Part shown: in pieces, positions 1 through 8,018 of the stretch
How positions within the stretch are numbered: position 1 is the stretch's first letter
Layout: each line of letters starts with the position of its first letter
Assembly (NCBI GenBank): GCA_036478295.1
Contig: JAZGDW010000203.1
Coordinates: 1-17,550 of the forward strand
Origin: Candidatus Krumholzibacteriia bacterium
Lineage (GTDB): Bacteria > Krumholzibacteriota > Krumholzibacteriia > WVZY01
Direction: 5' to 3'
Length of the DNA stretch: 17,550 bases
Made by a program: the position numbers and the translations under genes
Notes under the pieces: model-generated
The model's database searches: none
Told to the model about the DNA's origin: nothing
Seen by the model: only the letters and a program-made list of their open reading frames with translations

Positions 1-7
1 GAGGATC

Positions 8-43
8 ACCCCGCGTAGCGGGGTAGCCGAGCGAAGCGGAGCT
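8..43. repeat. REP-like palindromic element (hairpin ACCCCGC-GTA-GCGGGGT followed by CCGAGCGAAGCGGAG)
   Basis: Perfect 7-bp inverted repeat at 8-24, about 50 bp past the lysE-like stop, next to a GAGCGAAGCG motif of the kind seen in bacterial extragenic palindromes. It occurs once in the window and may be cut by the window edge. No U-tract is visible. Confidence 0.35.
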
Positions 44-77
44 GGCACCAGAGGCGATCACCAGCGCACCGCCTCCA

Positions 78-689
78 TCACCATGCCTCGATGATACCGA
101 TCAGGCCAAACACCATGATCGCAATGCCGCCGGCAATGTTCAAATAGGCGACGATACGCGGGTTCTTCAGAATAACGCGCAGCGACGAGCTGAAGAGTGC
201 AAGCAGCGCCTGCACCAGGAAGCTCCCCAGAAAAACAAAAATCGAAAAGTACAAAACCCTATACCACGAACCCGCGTACGACACCTGCCCGGCAAACCCC
301 ATGAACGCCACGATGGTCAGTGGGTTGGCCAGCGTGAGTCCGTACGTGGGCCAGTAGCCAAATATGCGCTCCTGTTCCCCAAGCCGCTCCGGCGCTTTCA
401 CTTCACGATGAAGAGAGACGCCGCGAATCATCCACATGCCAAACAGGATGAGAACCACCGAACTGAGAAGCGCAAATACCGTGCGATGTTCGTCGAGCGC
501 CCGGCTGAGCTGCGAGCCGATGCTGAACGCCACGATCGCGAATGTGAGGTCGGCGGTCGCCGCACCCCACGCGGTCAAGAGTGCAACCCGCAAGCCGTGC
601 GTGATCCCGTTCGTGATCACGAGAATCGCAATCGGGCCGATCGCGATCGCCACTGCGACGCCGAACAAGAACGCTTTCAGTATCTCCAT
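78..689 (-). CDS. LysE/RhtB family amino-acid exporter (203 aa)
   Basis: Start moved to ATG 689 (MEILKAFLFGVAVAIAIGPIAILVITNGITHG), in frame with ORF 78..1106 and 14 bp after the upstream stop. LysE/RhtB features: N-terminal IGP, G..TAD, LTLANP, and about six hydrophobic helices. Confidence 0.9.
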   Translation of the reverse strand: MEILKAFLFGVAVAIAIGPIAILVITNGITHGLRVALLTAWGAATADLTFAIVAFSIGSQLSRALDEHRTVFALLSSVVLILFGMWMIRGVSLHREVKAPERLGEQERIFGYWPTYGLTLANPLTIVAFMGFAGQVSYAGSWYRVLYFSIFVFLGSFLVQALLALFSSSLRVILKNPRIVAYLNIAGGIAIMVFGLIGIIEAW

Positions 690-703
690 GCGCCTCGGCT
701 TTG

Positions 704-1432
704 CTACATCGACTGCGTAATGACACCCACGACCATGCGTACCGCCAGTCCGGTAATAAGGATCCTGACCGTCACTCTGAAGATTTTCTCTGGCATTCTC
801 GGCCGCAGGAGTGTGCCGACCCACGATCCAAGAATAACCGCGCCAACCATCGCCGCGAGCAAAATCACGTACGGGCGAAAAACGAATCCGAGGAGACCGA
901 ACGTCAGCACTTTTAGAAGATGAACCCACGACATGAACACCGCTTCCGTCGCCACCAGCCGGTCTCTTCGAAAACCTTCGCGGAGCAGCACCGGTGGTCC
1001 GAGAGGCCCGGTCGCGCCGACGAACAACGACAGAAACGTCTGCACCCACCCAAGCACAAAAAACTTGCCCGGCAGCTTTCGTGAGGCCTGGGCAGCGGGC
1101 GTCCATGTCACGATGAGGATGAACGCCGCCAGCAGAAGCGGCAGCCCCTCACTTGGAAACGCAGTGACCAGGCGCGATCCCATGGCCGCACCGGTGACCG
1201 AACCGAGCACATACGAGGTCATGACACGCCAGTCGATGTCCCTCATGGCGAACAGCGCGCGGCTCGCGTTGCTGGAGAACTGCACGATCCCGTGTACGGG
1301 AATCACCGCTGTAATGGGCATGAACCCCGGCATGATCGATATGAGCAACATCCCGCCGCCCACACCGGTGACCCCCGACAACACCGATGACAAAAACGAA
1401 AAAACGACGAGGAAAAGATCACTTACGGCCAT
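704..1432 (-). CDS. Sulfite exporter TauE/SafE family membrane protein (242 aa)
   Basis: SGVTGVGGGML N-terminal motif with an internal repeat (LFVGATGPLG), about eight TM segments, GAGG Shine-Dalgarno before the ATG. Confidence 0.88.
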   Translation of the reverse strand: MAVSDLFLVVFSFLSSVLSGVTGVGGGMLLISIMPGFMPITAVIPVHGIVQFSSNASRALFAMRDIDWRVMTSYVLGSVTGAAMGSRLVTAFPSEGLPLLLAAFILIVTWTPAAQASRKLPGKFFVLGWVQTFLSLFVGATGPLGPPVLLREGFRRDRLVATEAVFMSWVHLLKVLTFGLLGFVFRPYVILLAAMVGAVILGSWVGTLLRPRMPEKIFRVTVRILITGLAVRMVVGVITQSM

Positions 1433-1457
1433 TACCTCAGAATCTCCCTCGTCTCTT

Positions 1458-2027
1458 CTAGCGTAGCTGCTTGTAGCGGAAGCAGTCCAGCGTGTGATCG
1501 TTCACCATACCCACGGCCTGCATGAAAGCATAACAGATAGTAGATCCGACGAACTTGAATCCACGCTTTTTGAGGTCCGTGCTCATCGTATCGGATGCCG
1601 TCGTGTTTGCGGGGATCTGTTTTAGCGTGCGCCACCGATTGCGTACGGGTGTGCCGCCGACGAATTGCCAGATGTATTTGTCGAAAGAGCCGAACTCTCG
1701 CTGAATCGCAAGAAACGCCCTGGCGTTTATCTTCACCGACGCCACTTTGAGTTTGTTCCTGACGATGCCGGGGTTTTGCAGGAGCTTCCGTTGTCCCGCG
1801 TCGGTGAGGCGAGCCAACCTGGCAGGGTCAAAGTCTCCGAGCGCTTTGCGGTAGTTCTCTCGTTTCTTGAGGATCGTCGACCAGCTCAACCCCGCCTGCG
1901 CGCCTTCCAAAAGCAGGAACTCAAAGATCCTGTTGTCATCATGGAGCGGGGAACCCCATTCCGTGTCGTGATACGCCACCATGAGCGGGTCTTCGCCGGC
2001 CCAGGTACAGCGCTTTTTCACGGCCAT
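1458..2027 (-). CDS. tag: DNA-3-methyladenine glycosylase I
   Basis: RCTW, YHDTEWG, FEFLLLEGAQAGLSWSTIL, IVRNKLK, LKKRGFKFVG and MQAVGMVNDHTLDC. Zn ligands (Cys/His/His/Cys) and the substrate-binding Glu are present. Confidence 0.97.
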   Translation of the reverse strand: MAVKKRCTWAGEDPLMVAYHDTEWGSPLHDDNRIFEFLLLEGAQAGLSWSTILKKRENYRKALGDFDPARLARLTDAGQRKLLQNPGIVRNKLKVASVKINARAFLAIQREFGSFDKYIWQFVGGTPVRNRWRTLKQIPANTTASDTMSTDLKKRGFKFVGSTICYAFMQAVGMVNDHTLDCFRYKQLR

Positions 2028-2057
2028 TTCGGTCCTTCCCTCTCCATCATCCCAGTG

Positions 2058-2750
2058 TCACAACGCATAGTCCAGGATACTTGCGACATGGATCTGCGTG
2101 GTGTCCAGGTATGGAATCCCGAGCTCGGTTTCGTCTGTCAAAATAAGCGGTAGTTCTGTCCCGCCGAGGATCAGCGCTTCAATGGCTTCTCGCTCTCTCA
2201 GCGCTTCGGCGATCGCCAGTAACTTGTGCCGGGTCTCGTCACGCATTACCCCGTTGACCAACTCGTTCATGTACTTGTCGTGAATATAATCCTGCTCCGC
2301 GGCACCGGGGACCACGATGGAAATCTTTTTCTTTTCGAATTCGTCCTGATAAAACGTGTTCTGCATGGTGAAACGGGTACCGAAAAGTCCGACTCTTTTC
2401 AAGGAGAGCTCTTGGGCCCTCCGGCAAGTGGCTTCCACGATACTAATCAGCGGAACCCGTGATTTTTTGCTCAGTTCGTCGAACACAAGGTGGGGCGTGT
2501 TCGCTGCGAATGCCGCGAAATCAGCTCCCGCGCGTGCCAGGCACTCGACGGCATCGGCAAAATACTCGACCAGGCCGTCCAGGTCGTTCGCCTCCAGCAG
2601 GCCCACCGCCGTTTCGAGGTCTATGCTGTTGATGATTATGTGAGGATAGTTGCCATCGCACGCACGGTCACGGCCCGCCGAGATGAGAGATCGATAATAC
2701 TCTAGGGTCGACTCGGGCCCAATACCGCCGATAATGCCGATCGTTTTCAT
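2058..2750 (-). CDS. Aspartate/glutamate racemase family protein (YgeA/RacX-like), catalytic positions substituted
   Basis: MKTIGIIGGIGPEST..YY, AGADF...NTPH, VGLFGTRFTM, ILGGTELPL and LDTT..H match the family over 230 aa. The two catalytic positions are Ala83 and Gly197. Confidence 0.92.
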   Translation of the reverse strand: MKTIGIIGGIGPESTLEYYRSLISAGRDRACDGNYPHIIINSIDLETAVGLLEANDLDGLVEYFADAVECLARAGADFAAFAANTPHLVFDELSKKSRVPLISIVEATCRRAQELSLKRVGLFGTRFTMQNTFYQDEFEKKKISIVVPGAAEQDYIHDKYMNELVNGVMRDETRHKLLAIAEALREREAIEALILGGTELPLILTDETELGIPYLDTTQIHVASILDYAL

Positions 2751-2783
2751 CCGATACTCTTGTTCCGATTGGGCGAACCGTGC

Positions 2784-3617
2784 TTACAACTTTGTGCCCA
2801 GGGCTAAATGCGCTTCGCTGTCGTACTCGAGTGGATCGTTGAACTCTTTTCGGAAAACCTCGGCCGCGCGCGTCCTGAAAGCATCCCATGCGGAGCCGTC
2901 GAGCTTCCGCCGCATGAACCTGCCGGTGACTCCAACCTCTCTCATCTCGAGGTAGTCCGCCGCGCTGATCGTCACGCCGTACACCCGAGTGGCGACAGAG
3001 ACGTGTACGAGCCCGGCGGTCTCCAGCGTACTCTTGAGGTCGGCGGCGGCGACGAACCGATCCTCCACCGGAACCGTCACCGAGACGGCCTCTTCGAGGA
3101 ACTCCGCCCCGACGAAACAGCCGGCGATCTCTTGCCACGTCGTCTTGAACACGCTCTCGTTGTCCGACCACGCCGTCACGCCCAGGCGGCCACCCGGTCG
3201 AAGCACCCGCACCATATCGGCAAGGGCGCCTTTCGTGTCCTTGATATGAGAGAGGACGAAGCTCGCCATCACCCCGTCGAACGCATCGGAGACAAAGGGC
3301 ATCCCCGGAACCCTGGCGGCCACCGCTCCCACCAATCCTTTTTGCCGGGCCTGACCAAGCATCTCGAGCGAGGGGTCGAGTGTTACCAAAATGCCATTGG
3401 GACCGACCGCCTTCGCGGCCGGCACCGAGACCGCCCCCGTTCCTGCGCCCACGTCAAGGGCCTTTCCGCCGGTGGGCAGTGAGAGCATGGCAACCAGGTC
3501 CTTCGCCGGTGGCGTGAAAATATTTGGGACGGCGACGCGATCGTAAACCGCCGCCGCCGTGTCGTAGGATTGGGCGGAGCCAAGATCTTCTCTTCTGCTC
3601 TGTGCTGGTTCTTTCAA
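2784..3617 (-). CDS. Class I SAM-dependent methyltransferase (UbiE-like fold, 277 aa)
   Basis: Motif I ALDVGAGTG, post-I acidic LDPS, motif II PFVSDAFDGV, motif III VLRPGG. The start is assigned to TTG 3617 with AAGGAG 6 nt upstream, which removes the overlap with the DUF2905 gene. Confidence 0.88.
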   Translation of the reverse strand: MKEPAQSRREDLGSAQSYDTAAAVYDRVAVPNIFTPPAKDLVAMLSLPTGGKALDVGAGTGAVSVPAAKAVGPNGILVTLDPSLEMLGQARQKGLVGAVAARVPGMPFVSDAFDGVMASFVLSHIKDTKGALADMVRVLRPGGRLGVTAWSDNESVFKTTWQEIAGCFVGAEFLEEAVSVTVPVEDRFVAAADLKSTLETAGLVHVSVATRVYGVTISAADYLEMREVGVTGRFMRRKLDGSAWDAFRTRAAEVFRKEFNDPLEYDSEAHLALGTKL

Positions 3618-3655
3618 GCGCTTCTCCTTTGTCGGTACGGGCGCGGGCTGATTCC

Positions 3656-3886
3656 TCACGAAAAAAACCGCCGCACGAGACGCAGAACCAGGCTCAACAC
3701 CAGTGAAATGAGCAGCATGGAGGCCAGCGGAAAGTAAACCTGCACCTTGTCGTTGTCGATACGAATATCCCCGGGCAGGTGACCAAACCACCGGAAGAGA
3801 CCTGCCCAAATGAGGACGCCGCCGAGCGCGATGGCCAGGCCGGTGACGATGGCGATCAATCCGAACTGTTCCCTGGACAGCGTCAT
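3656..3886 (-). CDS. DUF2905 family small membrane protein (76 aa)
   Basis: Two TM helices around WFGHLPGDIRI...VYFPLASMLLISLVLS, the typical DUF2905 signature. ATG 3886 is 13 bp after the DinB stop. Confidence 0.85.
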   Translation of the reverse strand: MTLSREQFGLIAIVTGLAIALGGVLIWAGLFRWFGHLPGDIRIDNDKVQVYFPLASMLLISLVLSLVLRLVRRFFS

Positions 3887-3899
3887 CGCTTGTGCCCGT

Positions 3900-4418
3900 T
3901 CACCAGCTGCCGGCGTCGCCTGCATATTTGCTATCGAACGGTTTCGCCTGCTGTTGTGTGTAATCGTAATGCAACCGGGTCAGCTGCCGCATGTGCAGGT
4001 AATCGTGCGTGAGCCACGATGTAATGAGATCGCCAGCGCTCAGCACCAGCTTCGGGTGTTCGAACGTCGCGTTCCAGTTCACGTTGTCGAGACCCGCGAG
4101 CCAGGCGAGCGAGTTCTCGCGCTCTTCCACAAAGCGCTCCATCGATTCTTCGAGGTCCCGCGCGTTGTATTTGCGCTCGACGACCCGTTTCTCCGGGTCG
4201 AAGGGCGGAGCTGCTTTGCCCGGATGGTGGAGCGTCAGATCCAGCCGCATACGGAAATCTTCACGCTCTTCATCGCAGAGATGGTTGATCACTTCGAGCA
4301 ACGACCAGCGTTCGGGTGTCGGCTTCCAGCGCGCCTGCTCGACAGGAACGCCTGACGCCATGCTTCGGATTGTGACTTTGTTGCTCGACAGGGCACGAAT
4401 GAAATACTGAAGATCCAT
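3900..4418 (-). CDS. DinB/YfiT superfamily protein (putative metal-dependent thiol S-transferase)
   Basis: WSLLEVINHL (His46) and HDYLH (His138/His142) form the DinB-fold His triad. SD GGAGG; 172 aa. Confidence 0.88.
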   Translation of the reverse strand: MDLQYFIRALSSNKVTIRSMASGVPVEQARWKPTPERWSLLEVINHLCDEEREDFRMRLDLTLHHPGKAAPPFDPEKRVVERKYNARDLEESMERFVEERENSLAWLAGLDNVNWNATFEHPKLVLSAGDLITSWLTHDYLHMRQLTRLHYDYTQQQAKPFDSKYAGDAGSW

Positions 4419-4431
4419 CGCCTCCGTCCTT

Positions 4432-4812
4432 CTACTTCATCGAATGGAGTGCGACGCGATTGCCCTCCGTATCGACAAGAATTGCGAAATAACCGATCTC
4501 CGGTGTGATTTGTGTCTTCGGAACCGCGATTTTTCCGCCAGCCCCCTCGACCCGATCCAGAACCTCAGTCAGATCCTCGCCGCCATTCAAATACACGAGC
4601 GCACCCTTGGCGGACGGTTCGTACCCTTCGCCCTTGCAAATGGAACCGCCGACACCCACCCCTTGTTCTTGCGGAAAGAATCCCATCGTGATGTGTCCCA
4701 TCTCCTGCACCGGCATGTCGAAATCATATATCTTACTGTAGAATTCCTTTGCCCTTCCGAAATCGGTGACGGGAATTTCGAACCAATTGATCGAGTTCTT
4801 GATCGTTTCCAT
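4432..4812 (-). CDS. VOC (glyoxalase/bleomycin-resistance) family protein
   Basis: INWFEIPVTDFGRAKEFY, VYL, AGGKI, GYFA..DTEGNRVALHS. SD AAGGAG; 126 aa. Confidence 0.92.
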   Translation of the reverse strand: METIKNSINWFEIPVTDFGRAKEFYSKIYDFDMPVQEMGHITMGFFPQEQGVGVGGSICKGEGYEPSAKGALVYLNGGEDLTEVLDRVEGAGGKIAVPKTQITPEIGYFAILVDTEGNRVALHSMK

Positions 4813-4907
4813 CGGGTCACTCCTTCTGTGAGTCGTACGGGCCGATGCGAGGCGCTACAGCAGCCACGCACCGGTGTGGGAGGTCGAGCGGCATGAGTGG
4901 TGGTTAC

Positions 4908-4936
4908 ATTATAAGAGTTTATGCCGCGCGTTTCAA
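4908..4936 (-). promoter_or_regulatory. Sigma70-type promoter for the VOC-to-lysE operon
   Basis: Minus strand TTGAAA (4936-4931), a 17-nt spacer, then TATAAT (4913-4908), about 95 nt upstream of the VOC start. Confidence 0.75.
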
Positions 4937-4940
4937 CCGG

Positions 4941-7900
4941 TCAGGCGGTCTGCCGGCGCGGCATGATCCGCAGCAGCTGTAAGAGCCGGACCATCTTCCG
5001 TCCCATCCAGCTGAAAAAATCCTCGATGAGGGTCGTGCTGGTCGGAAGCAGTACCGAGGTCAAAAAAGTAGACACCAGGAGTCCACCCATAATGACCAGG
5101 GCCATCGAGTAGTAGTAGACGCCGCCGAGCGACGGCCTTTGAACCACCATGGGAATGAGGCTCATGAGCGTCGTGATGGCGGTCATGAGAATTGGGCGCA
5201 AGCGCTCGCGTCCCCCGCGCACCATGGCTTCGAAGCGATCCATGCCCTGGCGCCGGTAACTGTTGATGTGTTCGATCATGACGATGCCGTTGTTCACCAC
5301 GATCCCGATGAGGAGCAACAATCCTACCGCCGCGGGTTGATCGAAATCAGTGCCCGTCGCGTACAGGGTCCATACAGCACCCGCGACCGCGAAGGGCAGC
5401 GCGACCATGAGTGCGATCGCCTGCCGGATCGATTCGAAGAGACTGGCCATGACGGCGAAGACCAGCATCAAGGCAAGAAGCAGGTTCACTACGAACTCAC
5501 GTGACTTTTCCTTTGCGCGCTCCTGCCAGCGCCCGAAGGTCCATGAATACCCGTAGGGAAATTCCATCTCGTTCATCGCCGCGGTTACCACGGGCGTGTA
5601 CTCCTGGCGGCTTCCCTCTTCGTACTGCGCTCCTACCCATACACTGGTCAACCGGTCGTCGCGGTTGATGCGCTCGGCACCCGGCACTTCATGAAAATCC
5701 GCCAGGGCGGCCAGCGGAATCTTTTCACCCTCAGAGGTCCACAGGGGCAGGTTGGTCAGCTGCGCGATCGATTCTGTCTCCTGCTCGTCGAGCGTCATCC
5801 GCATCTCGCGCTCCCCGTCGAGCGTGCGGAAGCGCTGCAGGCGCCGCCCACGATAGGTCAGGTCAACGACATCCGCGGGCTGGTTGAGAAAAATTCCGTA
5901 GCGCGCGGCGAGTTCACGGTCGAGCTCGATGTGCAACTCCTGCCCGCCCTGCTCGTTGCTCGAAAAGGTCTCGGCGAGCCCCGGGATCGCTTCCAGCCGC
6001 TGCTTGGCTTCGTCCGCAAGCGACGCAAGGACCTCGGAATCTTCTCCAACCAGCTGAAAGGCAATTCGTTTTCCTCTGTCCTGCCGCCAGAACTGCCTGT
6101 TTTCCATGACTTCGAGTTTTACGCCCGCTATCTCGGGCAGGATCTCGCGCAGCTTCTTGCGAACGGCAGCGATGTTGTCCTCGTTGGCTTGCCCCTCATG
6201 CAGGTAGACGCGGGTACCCGCCCACCGGTCGCTCCAGAAACTGTAGATCGACCTCGCCTTCAACTCATCCCGGTGGGGTTCGAGGGACGCTTCCACACGG
6301 CTGACCAGCTCCTCTTTGCGGGCCAGACTCATTTCTTCGCTGATATCGAAGTGGATCTGGACGAACAGCTCGCTTTCGTTGGTATCGAAATTTTTCTCGA
6401 TCTTCATGAACGGATAAACCGCCGAGGCGACGATCACGATGCCGATGACAGGAGTCAGCCACCTGCGCCGCAAGTTGAAACGAAGAATGCGGACATAGCG
6501 TTCCTCCATCCATAACATCAGCCGCCCGCGCGGGCGCGGTTTGGTTTTTATAAACCACGACGTGGCCAGCGGGATCAGCGTCTGGCTGACGAACAGAGAC
6601 GCCAGCAACGCCAGGCACACGGTAATGCCGAGTTCCTTGAGATAGATGTTCATCTCGCTGGGCTTGTTGAAGATCAGGGGCAGGAACACGATTACCGACG
6701 TCAGGGTTGCGGCCGTCACCGCCGTAGATACTTCGCGCGAACCGAGGCGCGCCGCCTTCTGGCGGTCGTCGCCCTGCTCGCGGTGCCGACAGATGTTCTC
6801 CATCACCACCACCGCGTTGTCGACGAGCATACCGATCCCCACGATCAGGCCCAAAAGAGTCAGTGTGTTCAGCGTCTTGCCCTGTGCCCAGATGAAACCA
6901 CAGGTAACGATGAGTGAGAACGGGATGCACAACACCGACACCAGCGTGGTGGTGACGCGCCGCAGGAAACCGTATAGAACTATCGACGCCAGTATCGCCC
7001 CGAAGATGCCGGTGAACATCAGGTCCTTGAGCGTGTTGCGGATTTCCCGGCCCTGGCTGAACCACACGAGAAAGTTCACGCCGTCGAGCTCGGGGTCTTC
7101 TCCCATGGCCGCGATGCGATTCTCGATCTCCTCGCAGACTTCGACCGTGTTCGCCTGCGCTTCCTGGCTCACCGTGAGTCCAATTGCGAAATTGCCGTCG
7201 AGGTGGCGACCGTACTCTAGCGGCGGTTCCCGGTAGATGACGTCGGCGATGTCCCCCAGGCGCAGCCCGTCGTCACGGATCATGAGGTCGTTGATCTCCT
7301 TGACGTTGATAAACGTCGCCACCGTGCGCAGCGCGTAACGGGTATCGCCTTCGGTTATCTTGCCGAGCGACTGATCGAAATTGCTGCTGCGCAGCAGCCG
7401 GGTCACGTCGCGCACGTCGATCCCGTGCGCCTCGAGATCGGCGATCCGGAGGTTGATGCGCACCTCACGGGGGTTCACACCGTCCAAACGTACCTGCGCG
7501 ACTCCGGGGATCCTCTCCAGGGGTCGTACGATCTTTCGGTCGAGCAGATCGTAGCTCTCGCTGAGATCGCTTTTTGACGACAGCCGGCCCTCGACGATGG
7601 GCATGTCCGCCTCACGAGCGTTCCAGTTGGTGCTGACTGTAATGTCGCCGACGTCGTCAGGCAGGTCGCGGCGAATCCGATCGAGTTTTTCCCAAACCTC
7701 CACGCGAACGAGACGCATGTCCATCGACCAGTCGAATCGTAGACGCACCATGCCGCCGTCTTCGTTGCAGTGCGACCACATACCGCGCAACCCCTTGACC
7801 GAACCTAGGGCATCCTCGACCGGGCGCACGATCATGCGCTCGATCTGTTCCGGCGACGCGCTGTTGTAGGGAATGCGCACGAAGAGGTGCGGCTCTTCGA

Positions 7901-8018
7901 CGTCCGGCAGAAAGGCCAGCGGCAGCCTCACCAGCGCCACACCTCCCAGAACCACGAGGCTCACGAGAATCATCAGGGTCGTCACGTGACGTTTGATTGC
8001 CAGTTCGGGCAGTGTCAT
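4941..8018 (-). CDS. RND efflux permease subunit 2 (AcrB/AcrD/AcrF family, 1025 aa)
   Basis: 12-TM RND layout with two large periplasmic domains. Motifs GMLVDNAVVV, GIVVNNGIV and RLRPILMT. ATGA overlap with the upstream permease stop (8015-8018). Confidence 0.95.
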   Translation of the reverse strand: MTLPELAIKRHVTTLMILVSLVVLGGVALVRLPLAFLPDVEEPHLFVRIPYNSASPEQIERMIVRPVEDALGSVKGLRGMWSHCNEDGGMVRLRFDWSMDMRLVRVEVWEKLDRIRRDLPDDVGDITVSTNWNAREADMPIVEGRLSSKSDLSESYDLLDRKIVRPLERIPGVAQVRLDGVNPREVRINLRIADLEAHGIDVRDVTRLLRSSNFDQSLGKITEGDTRYALRTVATFINVKEINDLMIRDDGLRLGDIADVIYREPPLEYGRHLDGNFAIGLTVSQEAQANTVEVCEEIENRIAAMGEDPELDGVNFLVWFSQGREIRNTLKDLMFTGIFGAILASIVLYGFLRRVTTTLVSVLCIPFSLIVTCGFIWAQGKTLNTLTLLGLIVGIGMLVDNAVVVMENICRHREQGDDRQKAARLGSREVSTAVTAATLTSVIVFLPLIFNKPSEMNIYLKELGITVCLALLASLFVSQTLIPLATSWFIKTKPRPRGRLMLWMEERYVRILRFNLRRRWLTPVIGIVIVASAVYPFMKIEKNFDTNESELFVQIHFDISEEMSLARKEELVSRVEASLEPHRDELKARSIYSFWSDRWAGTRVYLHEGQANEDNIAAVRKKLREILPEIAGVKLEVMENRQFWRQDRGKRIAFQLVGEDSEVLASLADEAKQRLEAIPGLAETFSSNEQGGQELHIELDRELAARYGIFLNQPADVVDLTYRGRRLQRFRTLDGEREMRMTLDEQETESIAQLTNLPLWTSEGEKIPLAALADFHEVPGAERINRDDRLTSVWVGAQYEEGSRQEYTPVVTAAMNEMEFPYGYSWTFGRWQERAKEKSREFVVNLLLALMLVFAVMASLFESIRQAIALMVALPFAVAGAVWTLYATGTDFDQPAAVGLLLLIGIVVNNGIVMIEHINSYRRQGMDRFEAMVRGGRERLRPILMTAITTLMSLIPMVVQRPSLGGVYYYSMALVIMGGLLVSTFLTSVLLPTSTTLIEDFFSWMGRKMVRLLQLLRIMPRRQTA

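Noticed and set aside
690..1106. 139-aa N-terminal extension of the LysE ORF (78..1106)
   Set aside because: It overlaps the TauE gene in another frame and has no family features. LysE similarity starts at ATG 689.
3618..3809. N-terminal extension of the methyltransferase ORF
   Set aside because: It overlaps the DUF2905 gene. TTG 3617 has a well-spaced AAGGAG.
4902..4930. Loose dif/Xer-site resemblance (GCGCGGCATAA-ACTCTT-ATAATGTAACC, minus strand)
   Set aside because: The match to the XerD arm TTATGTTAAAT is poor, and the sequence is better explained as the sigma70 spacer and -10.
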